A stretch of DNA of 64,000 bases from Candidatus Eiseniibacteriota bacterium. GTDB lineage: Bacteria; Eisenbacteria; RBG-16-71-46; CAZAMP01. Below are positions 30,723 through 40,491 of this stretch, piece after piece. The DNA is taken from contig OZ245046.1 of the NCBI GenBank assembly GCA_965224245.1, positions 896,001 to 960,000 on the forward strand, written 5' to 3'. Both the position numbers and the translations under genes were made by a program. Numbering within the stretch: position 1 is the stretch's first letter; every line of letters begins with the position of its first letter. The notes under the pieces were generated by a model, which did no database searches, had not been told where the DNA came from, and saw only the letters and a program-made list of their open reading frames with translations.

Positions 30723-33263
30723 TCATCGCTTGAGCGCGATCCTCCTGGACTCGGACTGGCCGGAAGCCTCGAGGCGGACGTAGTAGACGCCATTCACGAG
30801 CGGCTGTCCCCGACCGTCCGTCGCCAGGTTGCCATCGAACCGATGCGTGCCCGCATCGAGCTCGCGCTCGATCAGCGTGCGGATCTCCCGTCCCATCACG
30901 TCGAACACCGATACCCGCACGGTCGAGCGTTCGGAGAGCTCGACGGTGTAGGTGAACTCATCTGCCACCGGATTGGGCTGGATGGCGCCGAGCGTGACGG
31001 ACGCCGGCATGTTCGGAGTCGTCGGTGATCCGACGTCGATCAGCTCACCGAAGTGGCGCATCACGAACCCGTCCTTCCACTCGATGTCCGTGTGCTCGGC
31101 GAACTCCATGTCGTAGGCACCATCGGTGATCGGGAAGTCGGCCTGTGCCCCGCCGCCCAGGACCAGACGTCCGGCGGAATCCCGGAGCAGGCGATGGATG
31201 TAGTCCCGCCGGGAGCCTCCGATGTAGGTCGAGTACCGGAGATCGTCGGAACCGTTTCCTTCCGGGCGGATGCGGAAGAGCACACCTTCCTCGCGACCGT
31301 TGGGGGTAGTGTCGAAGGCGCCGGGCGTCGTGGGAAACCCGGTCGAGCTGCTGAACCCGGCGGCAATGATGTCACCGGAGGCGTCGAACATGAGGTCATA
31401 CACGGCCTCCCACAAGCCGCCGCCGATCAGGGTCGAATACAGGAGATCCGAGGCTCCACCCCCCTGAGGGGCGAGCAGGCATACGATCGCGTCGTCGTTT
31501 GCCATGAACGTGTCCTCGAACGCCCCCGGTGTCGTGGGGAAGGCGGCCGATCGTGTGAATCCTCCGACGGCGATCCGTCCCAGATCGTCGACGGTAACCG
31601 TCGTGAAGACGTCTCTTGACGAGCCTCCCATGAACGTGCTGTACAGAAGGTCCGAGCCCGTCGGATCCAGGCGACACACGACGGCGTCGTAGTCGCCGTT
31701 GTGCGTGACGTCGTAGGCCCCGGACGTCGTCGGGAAGTCGGCTGAGAACGTCATGCCACCCAGCACGAGGGCCCCGGTCGGATCGACTGCGATTGTCTGG
31801 TACCAGGGCTGAGCGTCCGGCGGGTCGGCGGGGTCGGCAAAGAGACCCTCGGCGCTGGAGCCCCCGAGGAGCGTCGACCAGACGAGGTCGGAGCCGTCGG
31901 CCTCGAGGTGTGTGATGAAGTAGTCCCGGCTGCCCCCGAGGGTCCGGTCGTAGGCCCCGTCCGTCGTGGGGTACGCAGACGATCCCGTGATGCCGACCAC
32001 GATTGCCTCGGAACCATCGAGGACGAGCTCCGTCGCCCAGTCCTCCGCCTCCGCCCCCAGGAACGTCGAGTAGACGAGCGTCGTTCCCTCGTCGCCGAGG
32101 CAGGTCACAAAGGCGTCGATCTCGCCTCCCCCGTAGGTAGGCGCGAGCGCCCCCGGCGTGGTGGGGAAGTCCGCGGAGTAAGTCATGCCGGTGATGTAGG
32201 CGCGGTCCGCGTCGTCGAGGCTGAGCGAGAACGCCGCGTCGCGAGCGGAACCGCCGAGGTAGGTCGACCACACGAGGTCACTGCCATCGGGACTCAGTGC
32301 GCAGACGAACGCGTCGTAGTCCCCGGAGAGGTCGGGTTGCACGACACCGATCGTGGTGTCGAGGTCCACCGCATTGGTGTATCCGGCCACGATGATGCGG
32401 CCCTCGCTGTCTTCGGCCAGTCCGTGGACGGCCTCATCACCAGTCCCCCCGACGTATGTGGACCAATGGATGACGGGGTCGATGACGAGCGCCAGGCCGT
32501 CGTCCCGTTCGGGAACGTCGAATCCGAACCGGTGCCCATCGATGGATCGGTAGCGGCAAATCACCGGACGCCGCTCACCGTCGTCGAGCTCGTACCACGT
32601 CGCGGGCGGAGGCTGGAGGATGGGACCGAGCGCCGTGAGCAGACTCAGGCTTCCGTCGCCACCGATCTCATATCCGAGTGTGCCGTCACAACGCACGACA
32701 ACCTGCTCGAGGTCACTCCCCGGCGCGAGCAGGAGATCGTACTCGAGCGATCCCTGGCACTCGCGCAGCCGGACGTCGACGCCGTCGTACATGTCGCGGT
32801 ACACGAGGTCGGCGTAGCTTCCGACGGCTCTGGCCTCGCAGCCGTCGCGGAAGTAGCTATGAGTACCGCCGCGGCTGGCGCCGGGCTCGATCCACGACGC
32901 GCCCGCGGTGCCCTCGAAGACCAGTTCGATGCCTAGCCGCCCGGCCAGCAACCCATCGGAGGCTGGCCTGCGCAGCTGGAGCACCACGGACTCATCGCGA
33001 ACGTGGATGGTCATGCCGCGTGCTTGTGCGAGATAGCGGGTGTCCGGGTCCCACTGACCACCATTCTCGATGAACGAGAACGGCAGCTTCGCGATCGGCG
33101 TGATGTCAGCGCGGACATCGGTCGCCTCAGCATCTGCAGTCGCGAAGCCGAGACAGAGAACGCTGACCAGGAGGGCTGATGTTCCCTCAGACATCTTGCG
33201 AGACGCAATTGCCAGGCGTGATCTCCCGAACCTGCACTCACGATGCTCTTCCCTGTGGTACAT
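30723..33263 (-). CDS. Secreted SBBP-repeat beta-propeller protein with C-terminal sorting-like Ig domain
   Basis: FIENGGQWD, LVIDP..WSTY.GG, G.T.S.DFPTT.GAY repeats, PNP...GVYYVRL tail. Confidence 0.88.
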   Translation of the reverse strand: MYHREEHRECRFGRSRLAIASRKMSEGTSALLVSVLCLGFATADAEATDVRADITPIAKLPFSFIENGGQWDPDTRYLAQARGMTIHVRDESVVLQLRRPASDGLLAGRLGIELVFEGTAGASWIEPGASRGGTHSYFRDGCEARAVGSYADLVYRDMYDGVDVRLRECQGSLEYDLLLAPGSDLEQVVVRCDGTLGYEIGGDGSLSLLTALGPILQPPPATWYELDDGERRPVICRYRSIDGHRFGFDVPERDDGLALVIDPVIHWSTYVGGTGDEAVHGLAEDSEGRIIVAGYTNAVDLDTTIGVVQPDLSGDYDAFVCALSPDGSDLVWSTYLGGSARDAAFSLSLDDADRAYITGMTYSADFPTTPGALAPTYGGGEIDAFVTCLGDEGTTLVYSTFLGAEAEDWATELVLDGSEAIVVGITGSSAYPTTDGAYDRTLGGSRDYFITHLEADGSDLVWSTLLGGSSAEGLFADPADPPDAQPWYQTIAVDPTGALVLGGMTFSADFPTTSGAYDVTHNGDYDAVVCRLDPTGSDLLYSTFMGGSSRDVFTTVTVDDLGRIAVGGFTRSAAFPTTPGAFEDTFMANDDAIVCLLAPQGGGASDLLYSTLIGGGLWEAVYDLMFDASGDIIAAGFSSSTGFPTTPGAFDTTPNGREEGVLFRIRPEGNGSDDLRYSTYIGGSRRDYIHRLLRDSAGRLVLGGGAQADFPITDGAYDMEFAEHTDIEWKDGFVMRHFGELIDVGSPTTPNMPASVTLGAIQPNPVADEFTYTVELSERSTVRVSVFDVMGREIRTLIERELDAGTHRFDGNLATDGRGQPLVNGVYYVRLEASGQSESRRIALKR

Positions 33264-33345
33264 GTCTTCGCTCCCTCGTTCTCGTTGGCGTGTGGCCGGG
33301 TATGTGCTGTGTCCCGACTGCGTGGCAAAGCCGGAGGGTTCAACG

Positions 33346-33377
33346 GGACATGCGCAGAATGAGGGCGAGACCCATCA
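33346..33377 (-). promoter_or_regulatory. Candidate ECF promoter TGATGGG-N13-CTGCGCATGTCC
   Basis: Same bipartite motif and spacing as 34776-34807. Confidence 0.6.
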
Positions 33378-33494
33378 GGCGAAGAGGAGCTCGTCCCGCA
33401 TGGGTGCGGGACCGGATGACTTGCTCGGTCGAGCTCTCGGGATCACATGCAGGAGGCGAAATCGTGATCACAGGTGACCAGGGGAAACGGCGGC

Positions 33495-34673
33495 TCACTT
33501 CCATTGCTGCCGACCTTTGATCCGCCCCCACGTGGTCTGGATGGTCGGTGTTGCACCACAGCCGTGCTCCCAGGCCCCGATCAGCCCGCAGTCATCACCA
33601 TCGGGATGGTTGCCGGGGAGGCAGGGGGAGTCGGCGTCCAGCGTGAGCTCACCATTCAGCGGGTCACAGAAGAGCGGATCGGCCGAGAAGTTTCCGTTCA
33701 TACCGAGCTGATCCTCCAGGCAGTCCGACCAGTCGCCACCGGAGTTGCCAAACAGGTTGCAGCAGGTGAGCCTCACCGTCGTGCAGCCCAGAATGGCTCG
33801 CCCATCTCTACCGAACGCGATGATCGTGTTGATGAGAGTGAGTTGGCCGTCAAGGTTGGAGATGCCGGAGCCTGCCTCCGCGGCGTTTCCCCAGAGTGTA
33901 CAGCGGGTGAGCGTGGCGCTGGAGGTTTCGCGAAGGTACAGAGCGCCGCCTTCGCCCGCGAGTGCCGGACACTCATTCGCCAGAAAGGTGCAGCTGTCCA
34001 GCGTGGGTGCGGAGCCTGGGCCGATGCCCATTCCGCCACCCCGGCCGCCGCGGCCCGAGGCGGCCCAGTTCTGTTCGAACGCGCAGTTGGTGAGGCTCGG
34101 GGATGAGTTCTGACAGTACAATCCTCCGCCGTGATTGCTGGAGTTCTGCACGAACCTGCAGCCGTCGAGGGTGGCATTCGAGTCCCCGAGGTAGAGACCG
34201 CCGCCTTCGCCTCCCGGGTCAAACATGTCGGCGGACACGGAGTTCCCGAGGAACGTGCACGTTCGGATCGTGGGGGAGGACCCTTCGCAGTACATCCCGC
34301 CTCCGGACTGTTCGTGCCGTCGACCATTTGAGATCGTCACCCCCTCGAGCACGGACATTGGCCCTTCCCCGGTGTTCAGGATGAAACCACGGTCCTGCTC
34401 CTCGCAGTCGATGATGCAGGCATCCGGGTCGCCACTCCGGGAGCGGACCGTGATTGCCTTTCCCAGGTAGTCAATCCCCCGGTTCCCGGGTCCGGTGAAG
34501 GTGCCGTTGGTCAGCTCGACGATGTCCCCGTCCTCGGCAGCATCGATCGCGGCCTGAATCGTGGGGAAATCCCCAGTACCGTCAGGGATGACGACATGAG
34601 TAGCGGCCATGAGTGCGAACGGGGTCAACAAGGACAGCATGAAAGCTCCGGACCAGGTACGTAGTACTCTCAT
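33495..34673 (-). CDS. Secreted right-handed beta-helix (Pmp-like) protein with TTWGRIK tail
   Basis: Signal peptide, DFPTIQAAIDAA, GGG..C..SSP....C.F..N repeats, ADPLFC..L..DSPC. Confidence 0.88.
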   Translation of the reverse strand: MRVLRTWSGAFMLSLLTPFALMAATHVVIPDGTGDFPTIQAAIDAAEDGDIVELTNGTFTGPGNRGIDYLGKAITVRSRSGDPDACIIDCEEQDRGFILNTGEGPMSVLEGVTISNGRRHEQSGGGMYCEGSSPTIRTCTFLGNSVSADMFDPGGEGGGLYLGDSNATLDGCRFVQNSSNHGGGLYCQNSSPSLTNCAFEQNWAASGRGGRGGGMGIGPGSAPTLDSCTFLANECPALAGEGGALYLRETSSATLTRCTLWGNAAEAGSGISNLDGQLTLINTIIAFGRDGRAILGCTTVRLTCCNLFGNSGGDWSDCLEDQLGMNGNFSADPLFCDPLNGELTLDADSPCLPGNHPDGDDCGLIGAWEHGCGATPTIQTTWGRIKGRQQWK

Positions 34674-34775
34674 TCGTAGTCTCCTCGAAGAAACGTCGAC
34701 GGTTTTTCAGGGCTTGCGCTGCAATGTGACCTCGTGGGCCCTCGAGAGATCGAGTCGGTTCGTTGGCGATCACTA

Positions 34776-34807
34776 GGACATGCGTAGTTAGCGAAGAAAC
34801 CCCATCA
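34776..34807 (-). promoter_or_regulatory. Candidate ECF promoter TGATGGG-N13-CTACGCATGTCC
   Basis: Matches 33346-33377 at 18 of 19 defined positions. Confidence 0.6.
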
Positions 34808-34816
34808 TCTCATAGA

Positions 34817-35275
34817 TGTTCGGCGTCAGAGCTGATGGGACACGATCAAGTCTAATCGCAACGGTCACTTCTGGGATGTATTCTTTGAATCGTCATCCAA
34901 GGAGCGGACCTGATGTCGAAGAAGACTGGCGCGGAAGCGGCGGTTCGTGAGTTCCGCCGCAAGAACCGCCGTAAGTTCTCATCGGAAGAGAAGATCCGGA
35001 TCGTTCTGGAAGGTCTCCGGGGTGAGGAGACGATTGGGCGAGTCGGACGGTCAATGAGGCACACGGCGTCCGAGAAGCTCGAGATCATCCGACTGGTCCG
35101 CGGGCGTGAGATCCGTTCGGCCAGGGCGCTCGTGAAGCGAGAGACCCTGCGGCGCAGAAGGCGCTACAATCCAGGCTTGCCGGTCACGAGAAAGGACGTC
35201 GTCCGGCCAGCCGACGTGAGGGAAGTGTCCATAGCGATGAGCCGCGAGGTGTCCCAAAGGCCCTGACGACGAACA
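34817..35275 (+). mobile_element. Non-autonomous, internally deleted IS3-family derivative (MITE-like)
   Basis: 27-bp TIRs (22/27) TGTTCG.CGTCAG.GC...TGGGACAC; ORF 34913-35266 joins OrfA start (RRKFSSEEKIRIVLEGLRGE), OrfB start (ASEKLEIIRLV) and an OrfB-end-like segment. Confidence 0.8.
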
Positions 35276-35282
35276 CGTAATC

Positions 35283-37580
35283 CTACTCGCTCAGCCCCAG
35301 TCGCTCGATCAGCTCGTCCCACCGCGGATCTCCGTGAAGGGAGCGGAAGCCGGGCTCGGTGTTCAGAAGGGGAAGGCCACTATCCTGGTTCGCGTGCGTG
35401 CGTTCGAGCCACATGAATGCGGCATCGACATCACCGCGCACCGCGTAGCAGGTCGCGATCTGATACGCCGCATCATGCGCCTGGGTCTCGATGAGAGTCG
35501 AGAGTGCGGCGTCCGACGCATCGTGATTGCCACGGGCGTGGTGCACCTGGCAGAGCGCGGTGAGGCGCCCCCAGTCCGTCCCATCCGATTCGGCCACGGT
35601 GAGAGCCTCGTCGAGTCGTCCCAGGCTGGTCAGCACGCTCGCCAGCAGTACCCGGACGCTGGACATTCCCGGCGAAAGCTCGATCACGCGCCGGAATGCA
35701 ACTTCGGCCTCCTCGAGACGTCCTGCCGCTCGGTACGTGCGGCCGAGCTGTCCCTGTCCGGCGACGTGCAGGGGATCCAGTTCGAGCAGACGGAGGATCA
35801 GAGTCTCGGATTCCTCGAAGCGCCTGAAGACGTGAGCGAGCGTCGCCTTCCACAGGAGGGCGTCCGGATTGTCCGGGTCGATCTCGAGGGACCTCTCGAG
35901 CAAGGCTCCGGCGCCGTCCCAGTCCCGGTCATACATGATCTGGATGGCGGCGAGTGAGCACAAGGCATCGACGAGATCCGGCTGCAGCTCGAGTGCTCGG
36001 CTCAGTGCCGCGCGCGCCCGGGGGAGTGCATCCTCGACAGAAAACGCCCCGTACCCGGCCCCGAGGAAGTACCCGCGAGACAACGACACCCACGCGCGCG
36101 CGTGATCGGGGCTCAGCTCGAGGGCCTGCTCGAGGTACTCGATCGCCTTCGGAAAGTCGTGCTGGGCACTCCGGGCGACGAGGTGCCGCCCGCGGAGGAA
36201 GAGCAGATGTGCCTCCCGGTTCTCTCCACGCCCCTGTGCCGCCGCGGCGATCTCCGCGACTGCGTCACCGGTCGCATTCGAGTCGGGCTCTTCACCGAGC
36301 AGGGTGGTGCGCAGTTCCTTCACCACGCAGCCTGCGATGTCGTCCTGAACCTCGAAGATGTCATCGAGGGTTCGATCGAACACCTCGGACCACATCTGGA
36401 ATCCATCGGATACCTTCACGAGCTGAACGGACACGCGAAGTCGAGTCCCGGCCTTGCGGACCGTGCCTTCCAGCAACGACGCTACCCGGAGCTTCTCGCC
36501 GACCACGGCCGGATCCTCGTGCCGACCCTGGAACTGGAATGACGACGTGCGTGCCGCAACGCGCAGTCCGCTGATCTTCGAGAGTACGTGCATGATCTCG
36601 TCGGCCAGACCGTCGGCGAAGTACTCATCGTCCTCGTCGCGGCTGCGGTTCACAAATGGAAGGACGGCGATCGACGGCACCCCGGACTGATCGGGGGCAG
36701 GCGTGGACACCGGGCCGGTCGCCGCGCCGGAGCTGCGGCGAAGGAGCTCGAGCTCGTTTCGCATGTCCTTCGCGGTCTGGACTCGCCGATCCGGGTCCTT
36801 CTCCAGGCAGCGGGTGATGATCCGTTCCAGGTCGGCCGGGGCGTCCGTGCGGATGGTGCGTAACGGCGCAGGCGTGTCCCGGAGGATCGCCGAGGTCAGG
36901 TCGGCAGTGGTGTCACCGGAAAACGGACGCCTGCCCGTCACGAGCTCATAGAGGATGATCCCCAGCGCAAAGAGATCACTTCGCGCGTCGACCTGCTCCC
37001 CGCGCAGCTGCTCGGGCGCCATGTAGGGAATCGTGCCGGCGATCTTGCCCGGAGTGGACACGGTCGGTGCGAGGGTCGGGAGCTCTGTCTCCGCACCCGG
37101 CTGATCGGCACCGGTCACGCTGGCGAGGCCGAAGTCGAGCACCTTCAAGCGCCCCTGGGTGGTGATCATGATGTTGCGCGGCTTGAGGTCTCGATGCACC
37201 ACCCCCCGGTCGTGCGCCGCGACCAGTGCCTCCGAGAGGGGAATGGCGAGATCCAGCAGGCTCGCGAGGGGGAGTCCGTCGCGTGGAAGATGGCGATCGA
37301 GCGTCGCGCCCTCGACCCGCTCCATGGTGATGAACCTGATCCCGTCGGCTTCTTCCAGCGAGAACAGGGTCACGATGTTGGGGTGGTTCAGGCCGGCAAC
37401 CGTCTTCGCCTCACGCTCGAGCAGGGCGAGCCGATCGGGGTGGTCGGCGAGTTCCGCTGGAAGCAGCTTGATCGCCACGTCGCGCTGTAGCTTCAGGTCG
37501 CGCGCGAGATAGACCTCACCCATGCCGCCCTGACCGAGCCGCTCGCGTATCTCGTAGTGGGCAAGTGTGTTCCCGACCAT
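35283..37580 (-). CDS. Ser/Thr protein kinase with TolB-N-like domain and TPR repeats
   Basis: GQGGMGEVY, HRDLKPRN, DFG; SIAVLPFVN...YFADGLADEI; TPR helices; DPRW tail. Confidence 0.92.
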   Translation of the reverse strand: MVGNTLAHYEIRERLGQGGMGEVYLARDLKLQRDVAIKLLPAELADHPDRLALLEREAKTVAGLNHPNIVTLFSLEEADGIRFITMERVEGATLDRHLPRDGLPLASLLDLAIPLSEALVAAHDRGVVHRDLKPRNIMITTQGRLKVLDFGLASVTGADQPGAETELPTLAPTVSTPGKIAGTIPYMAPEQLRGEQVDARSDLFALGIILYELVTGRRPFSGDTTADLTSAILRDTPAPLRTIRTDAPADLERIITRCLEKDPDRRVQTAKDMRNELELLRRSSGAATGPVSTPAPDQSGVPSIAVLPFVNRSRDEDDEYFADGLADEIMHVLSKISGLRVAARTSSFQFQGRHEDPAVVGEKLRVASLLEGTVRKAGTRLRVSVQLVKVSDGFQMWSEVFDRTLDDIFEVQDDIAGCVVKELRTTLLGEEPDSNATGDAVAEIAAAAQGRGENREAHLLFLRGRHLVARSAQHDFPKAIEYLEQALELSPDHARAWVSLSRGYFLGAGYGAFSVEDALPRARAALSRALELQPDLVDALCSLAAIQIMYDRDWDGAGALLERSLEIDPDNPDALLWKATLAHVFRRFEESETLILRLLELDPLHVAGQGQLGRTYRAAGRLEEAEVAFRRVIELSPGMSSVRVLLASVLTSLGRLDEALTVAESDGTDWGRLTALCQVHHARGNHDASDAALSTLIETQAHDAAYQIATCYAVRGDVDAAFMWLERTHANQDSGLPLLNTEPGFRSLHGDPRWDELIERLGLSE

Positions 37581-37690
37581 GACCCCCTCCGGTTGAGTCC
37601 GGGGATCGTACCCTACCGGTGCGTCCCCCGGGGAGTGCTGACTGCGGGCCAGTGAGGGGGCAAGGCGGCAGGCCGGCTCACGGTCGCTCC

Positions 37691-40258
37691 ATGTCGCAGC
37701 TCGAGCCCGGCCAGAGGAGCAACCCTAAGGGCCGGCCCAAGGGTACGAAGCTCACCGATCGCCTGAGCACCGAGTTCCCCGGTTCGCCGTACGTGCATGT
37801 CGGCACCGGGGTCTCGATATCGGCTTCGGACGATGTGACGGGTTCGGACGCCTCCGGCATCGAACCGCGCATGGCCATGGATGTCTACTCGAACGTCACG
37901 TACTACCAGGCCAGCATGGCCATCACGCCGGAGGGTACCGACCACGTTTTCGGCGACCGGATCTCGACGACCGGGTTCGGGGTCCTGGATGAGAGCCTCG
38001 TGTCGGTCTACAACTCGTCGTCGTCTCCGGGGCCGCTACTGACTGCCACGTTGAGGGTCAGCTTCTACGATGCCTCGGACTGGCCGACCTATCCGAACGG
38101 GTATCCGACGACACTGTTCGGGTGGTACGAACAGGTGTGGGATTTCGGGACCGGCCTGGCGCCGGGCGAAGGCGCCCTCATCTCCGCCACTGGGTTGGCC
38201 GGATTCGGGATCGCTCTCACCTCCACGACTCTCCTCGTGACGCACCAGGTCGTGAGCCACACCGGAAACGTGACGGGGTTGGGGGTCGGGCTCTACCATC
38301 CGCCGACGACCGGTAACAGTGACGCCGAGTACTGGTTCGTCGACACGCCCGACTATCCGGCCGGCATGTACTACCAGTCGTTTCCCCTCGGGAACATCCC
38401 CTTGCGCATTGCGGTCCTCCCGACGGTCCCTCCGGGGGAAGATGTACTCCACGACCAGTCGGACTTCGTCGTCGATGGACCTCGCTTCGCCGACGTCATC
38501 GGCCTCTTCGACGCCTACTACGGCTACAGCGACATCACCGTCGACGGTGACGGCTGGAACATCGAACGCATCGTCAGCTACTACTCGCTCGACATTCCGG
38601 ACTGGGGCTCGGGCGTGTTCGAGGGCAGGATCAACATCTTCCCGAAGACCGGTTCGTTGCCGTTATGGCCGGGCCACAGTCCCTATGGCGCTCCCTTGGT
38701 GCCGATGTCCGCGTCGCACGCCGGTGACCACTGGGTCGTCACGGCCTGGGGACTGGACATCGATCTGGCGCCGGGCGAGTACTGGATCGGGATGACACCG
38801 TCGAACGGATACCTTGCTTCGGAGGGGCACCTGTCGTCGGGCACGTACGTCGGAAACGCAACGGCGACGCTGTTTCCGGAAACGTTCTTCGACCCGCCCT
38901 ACTGGGCGAACCAGCATCCAGGTGTGGATGCGGCGTTGCTGATCAAGGGCACCCGACTCTGCTCAGGTCCGGTCATCGACGTGGATGAGACACCGATCGA
39001 CATCCCCTCGATCCCGCTCAACGGCTTCCACGTTCTGAACACGTTCCTGGTGGGCAATGACGGCTGCGCGCCGCTCGACTTCGTGATCAGCGGGGACTGC
39101 CCGGGAGTCGAAGCCTCGGGCACGGTCCCTCCGGGCGGCGTGGCCGCTCCGGTGATGATTCTGTTCCCGTTCGGATACGCACCCGGCTCCTACTCCTGCT
39201 GGATGACGGTCAGCTCCAACGATCCGGACACGCCGGTGGTCAATGTCCCGATCAACTTCACCGTCACCGGCACGGTCTCCGATGCCACGCCGGGCGTGTG
39301 CTATGCCACCCAGGGCCCCGGGGGTTTCAGTGACTGGATCGCGATCGATCCCACGACCGGGGAGGGGACACCCACCGGAACGACCATCTTCCCCGTGGTG
39401 GGCCTGACCATCGCTGACGACGGACGCATCTGGGCGCCGTACGACAACAAGCTGTACTACCTCGATGCCACCACCGGCGCGATGATCCAGTACGCGGTGG
39501 TCGGATGCTGGGAAGAGATCGCGGCCTTCGAGGGCAACCTGTACGGCATCGACTGCGCCGACCAGCTATGGGAGCTGGATCTCGGAACCGGTGTACAGAG
39601 CGGCCCCTTCACGGTGGTCTCGCCGTCCGTGGACGGGCTCGACATCGACCCGACGACCGGGGTGCTCTGGGTGTCGGAAGCCCACAGCGGCCCCGGGACG
39701 GACAACCTCTACGTGATCAACCTCTTCTCCGGCGATCTGGAGCCACTCCTGGTCGGTTCGCTGGGACTCGGGCTACCGATCGGAGGTATCGCGTTCGACG
39801 ATGACGGGAATCTCTTCGCCGTGGTGGGGGACGGCTCGAGTCCGTCCGAGTTCGTGTCGATCGACAAGGGCACCGGCGCCGCGACGGTCATCGGGGAGAC
39901 GGGTTCGACCCACCTCGCCGGGCTCGCGATGATCGGCAGCGGTCTTCTGAGTGCCCCGAACGACGAGGCTCCGATCCCGACGACCGTCTCGTTCCGCGTG
40001 GCGTCGCCGAACCCGTTCCGCAGCGGCACGTCTCTGTCGTTCGAGTTGCCTGAGGCGAGACCCGTGAGGCTCGTCATCTTCGACACGACCGGCCGCCAGG
40101 TACGGACCCTGGTCGATGGAACCTACCCTGCCGCCGCGCACCGCGCGGTGTGGGACGGCCGCGATCTATCCGGGCGCACAGTGGCGCCCGGGGTCTACTT
40201 CGCGCGGATCCGGGCAGGGGAATACGAGTCGGTCCAGCGACTCACGCTGATCCGGTGA
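37691..40258 (+). CDS. Paralog of 23815..26520 with FlgD-Ig domain; N-terminus lacks a signal peptide
   Basis: Colinear similarity (VLHDQSDFVV, ASPNPFR..VQRLTLIR); start uncertain. Confidence 0.75.
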   Translation: MSQLEPGQRSNPKGRPKGTKLTDRLSTEFPGSPYVHVGTGVSISASDDVTGSDASGIEPRMAMDVYSNVTYYQASMAITPEGTDHVFGDRISTTGFGVLDESLVSVYNSSSSPGPLLTATLRVSFYDASDWPTYPNGYPTTLFGWYEQVWDFGTGLAPGEGALISATGLAGFGIALTSTTLLVTHQVVSHTGNVTGLGVGLYHPPTTGNSDAEYWFVDTPDYPAGMYYQSFPLGNIPLRIAVLPTVPPGEDVLHDQSDFVVDGPRFADVIGLFDAYYGYSDITVDGDGWNIERIVSYYSLDIPDWGSGVFEGRINIFPKTGSLPLWPGHSPYGAPLVPMSASHAGDHWVVTAWGLDIDLAPGEYWIGMTPSNGYLASEGHLSSGTYVGNATATLFPETFFDPPYWANQHPGVDAALLIKGTRLCSGPVIDVDETPIDIPSIPLNGFHVLNTFLVGNDGCAPLDFVISGDCPGVEASGTVPPGGVAAPVMILFPFGYAPGSYSCWMTVSSNDPDTPVVNVPINFTVTGTVSDATPGVCYATQGPGGFSDWIAIDPTTGEGTPTGTTIFPVVGLTIADDGRIWAPYDNKLYYLDATTGAMIQYAVVGCWEEIAAFEGNLYGIDCADQLWELDLGTGVQSGPFTVVSPSVDGLDIDPTTGVLWVSEAHSGPGTDNLYVINLFSGDLEPLLVGSLGLGLPIGGIAFDDDGNLFAVVGDGSSPSEFVSIDKGTGAATVIGETGSTHLAGLAMIGSGLLSAPNDEAPIPTTVSFRVASPNPFRSGTSLSFELPEARPVRLVIFDTTGRQVRTLVDGTYPAAAHRAVWDGRDLSGRTVAPGVYFARIRAGEYESVQRLTLIR

Positions 40259-40379
40259 TATGGAATGACCCTGTCAAGAGGCGATTCTCTCGGGTCAGGA
40301 GGGGGTCGCCTCTTGGTTTGTGTCGAGATGCTCGGGATGACGGCGATCGGCGGCGGCTTCGACGACGAGTCGGCGCTGC
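40251..40379 (+). repeat. Intergenic element B, copy 2 (uninterrupted), containing AAGAGGCGA..TCGCCTCTT hairpin
   Basis: Aligns with the reconstructed empty site at 13474-14960; likely includes a terminator. Confidence 0.8.
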
Positions 40380-40491
40380 CGATGGCGACACATTGCAGAT
40401 GTGCGCCATGTGGGCCGAGTTCGAGCCCCGGTCGGACTACCGCGTGAGGCAGTCGAAGACCGATCTAATTCTCTCGGGGAACGACGTTCGG

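Noticed and set aside
23815-40258. Diversity-generating retroelement acting on the paralogs
   Set aside because: No reverse transcriptase in the window, and differences between paralogs are not adenine-specific.
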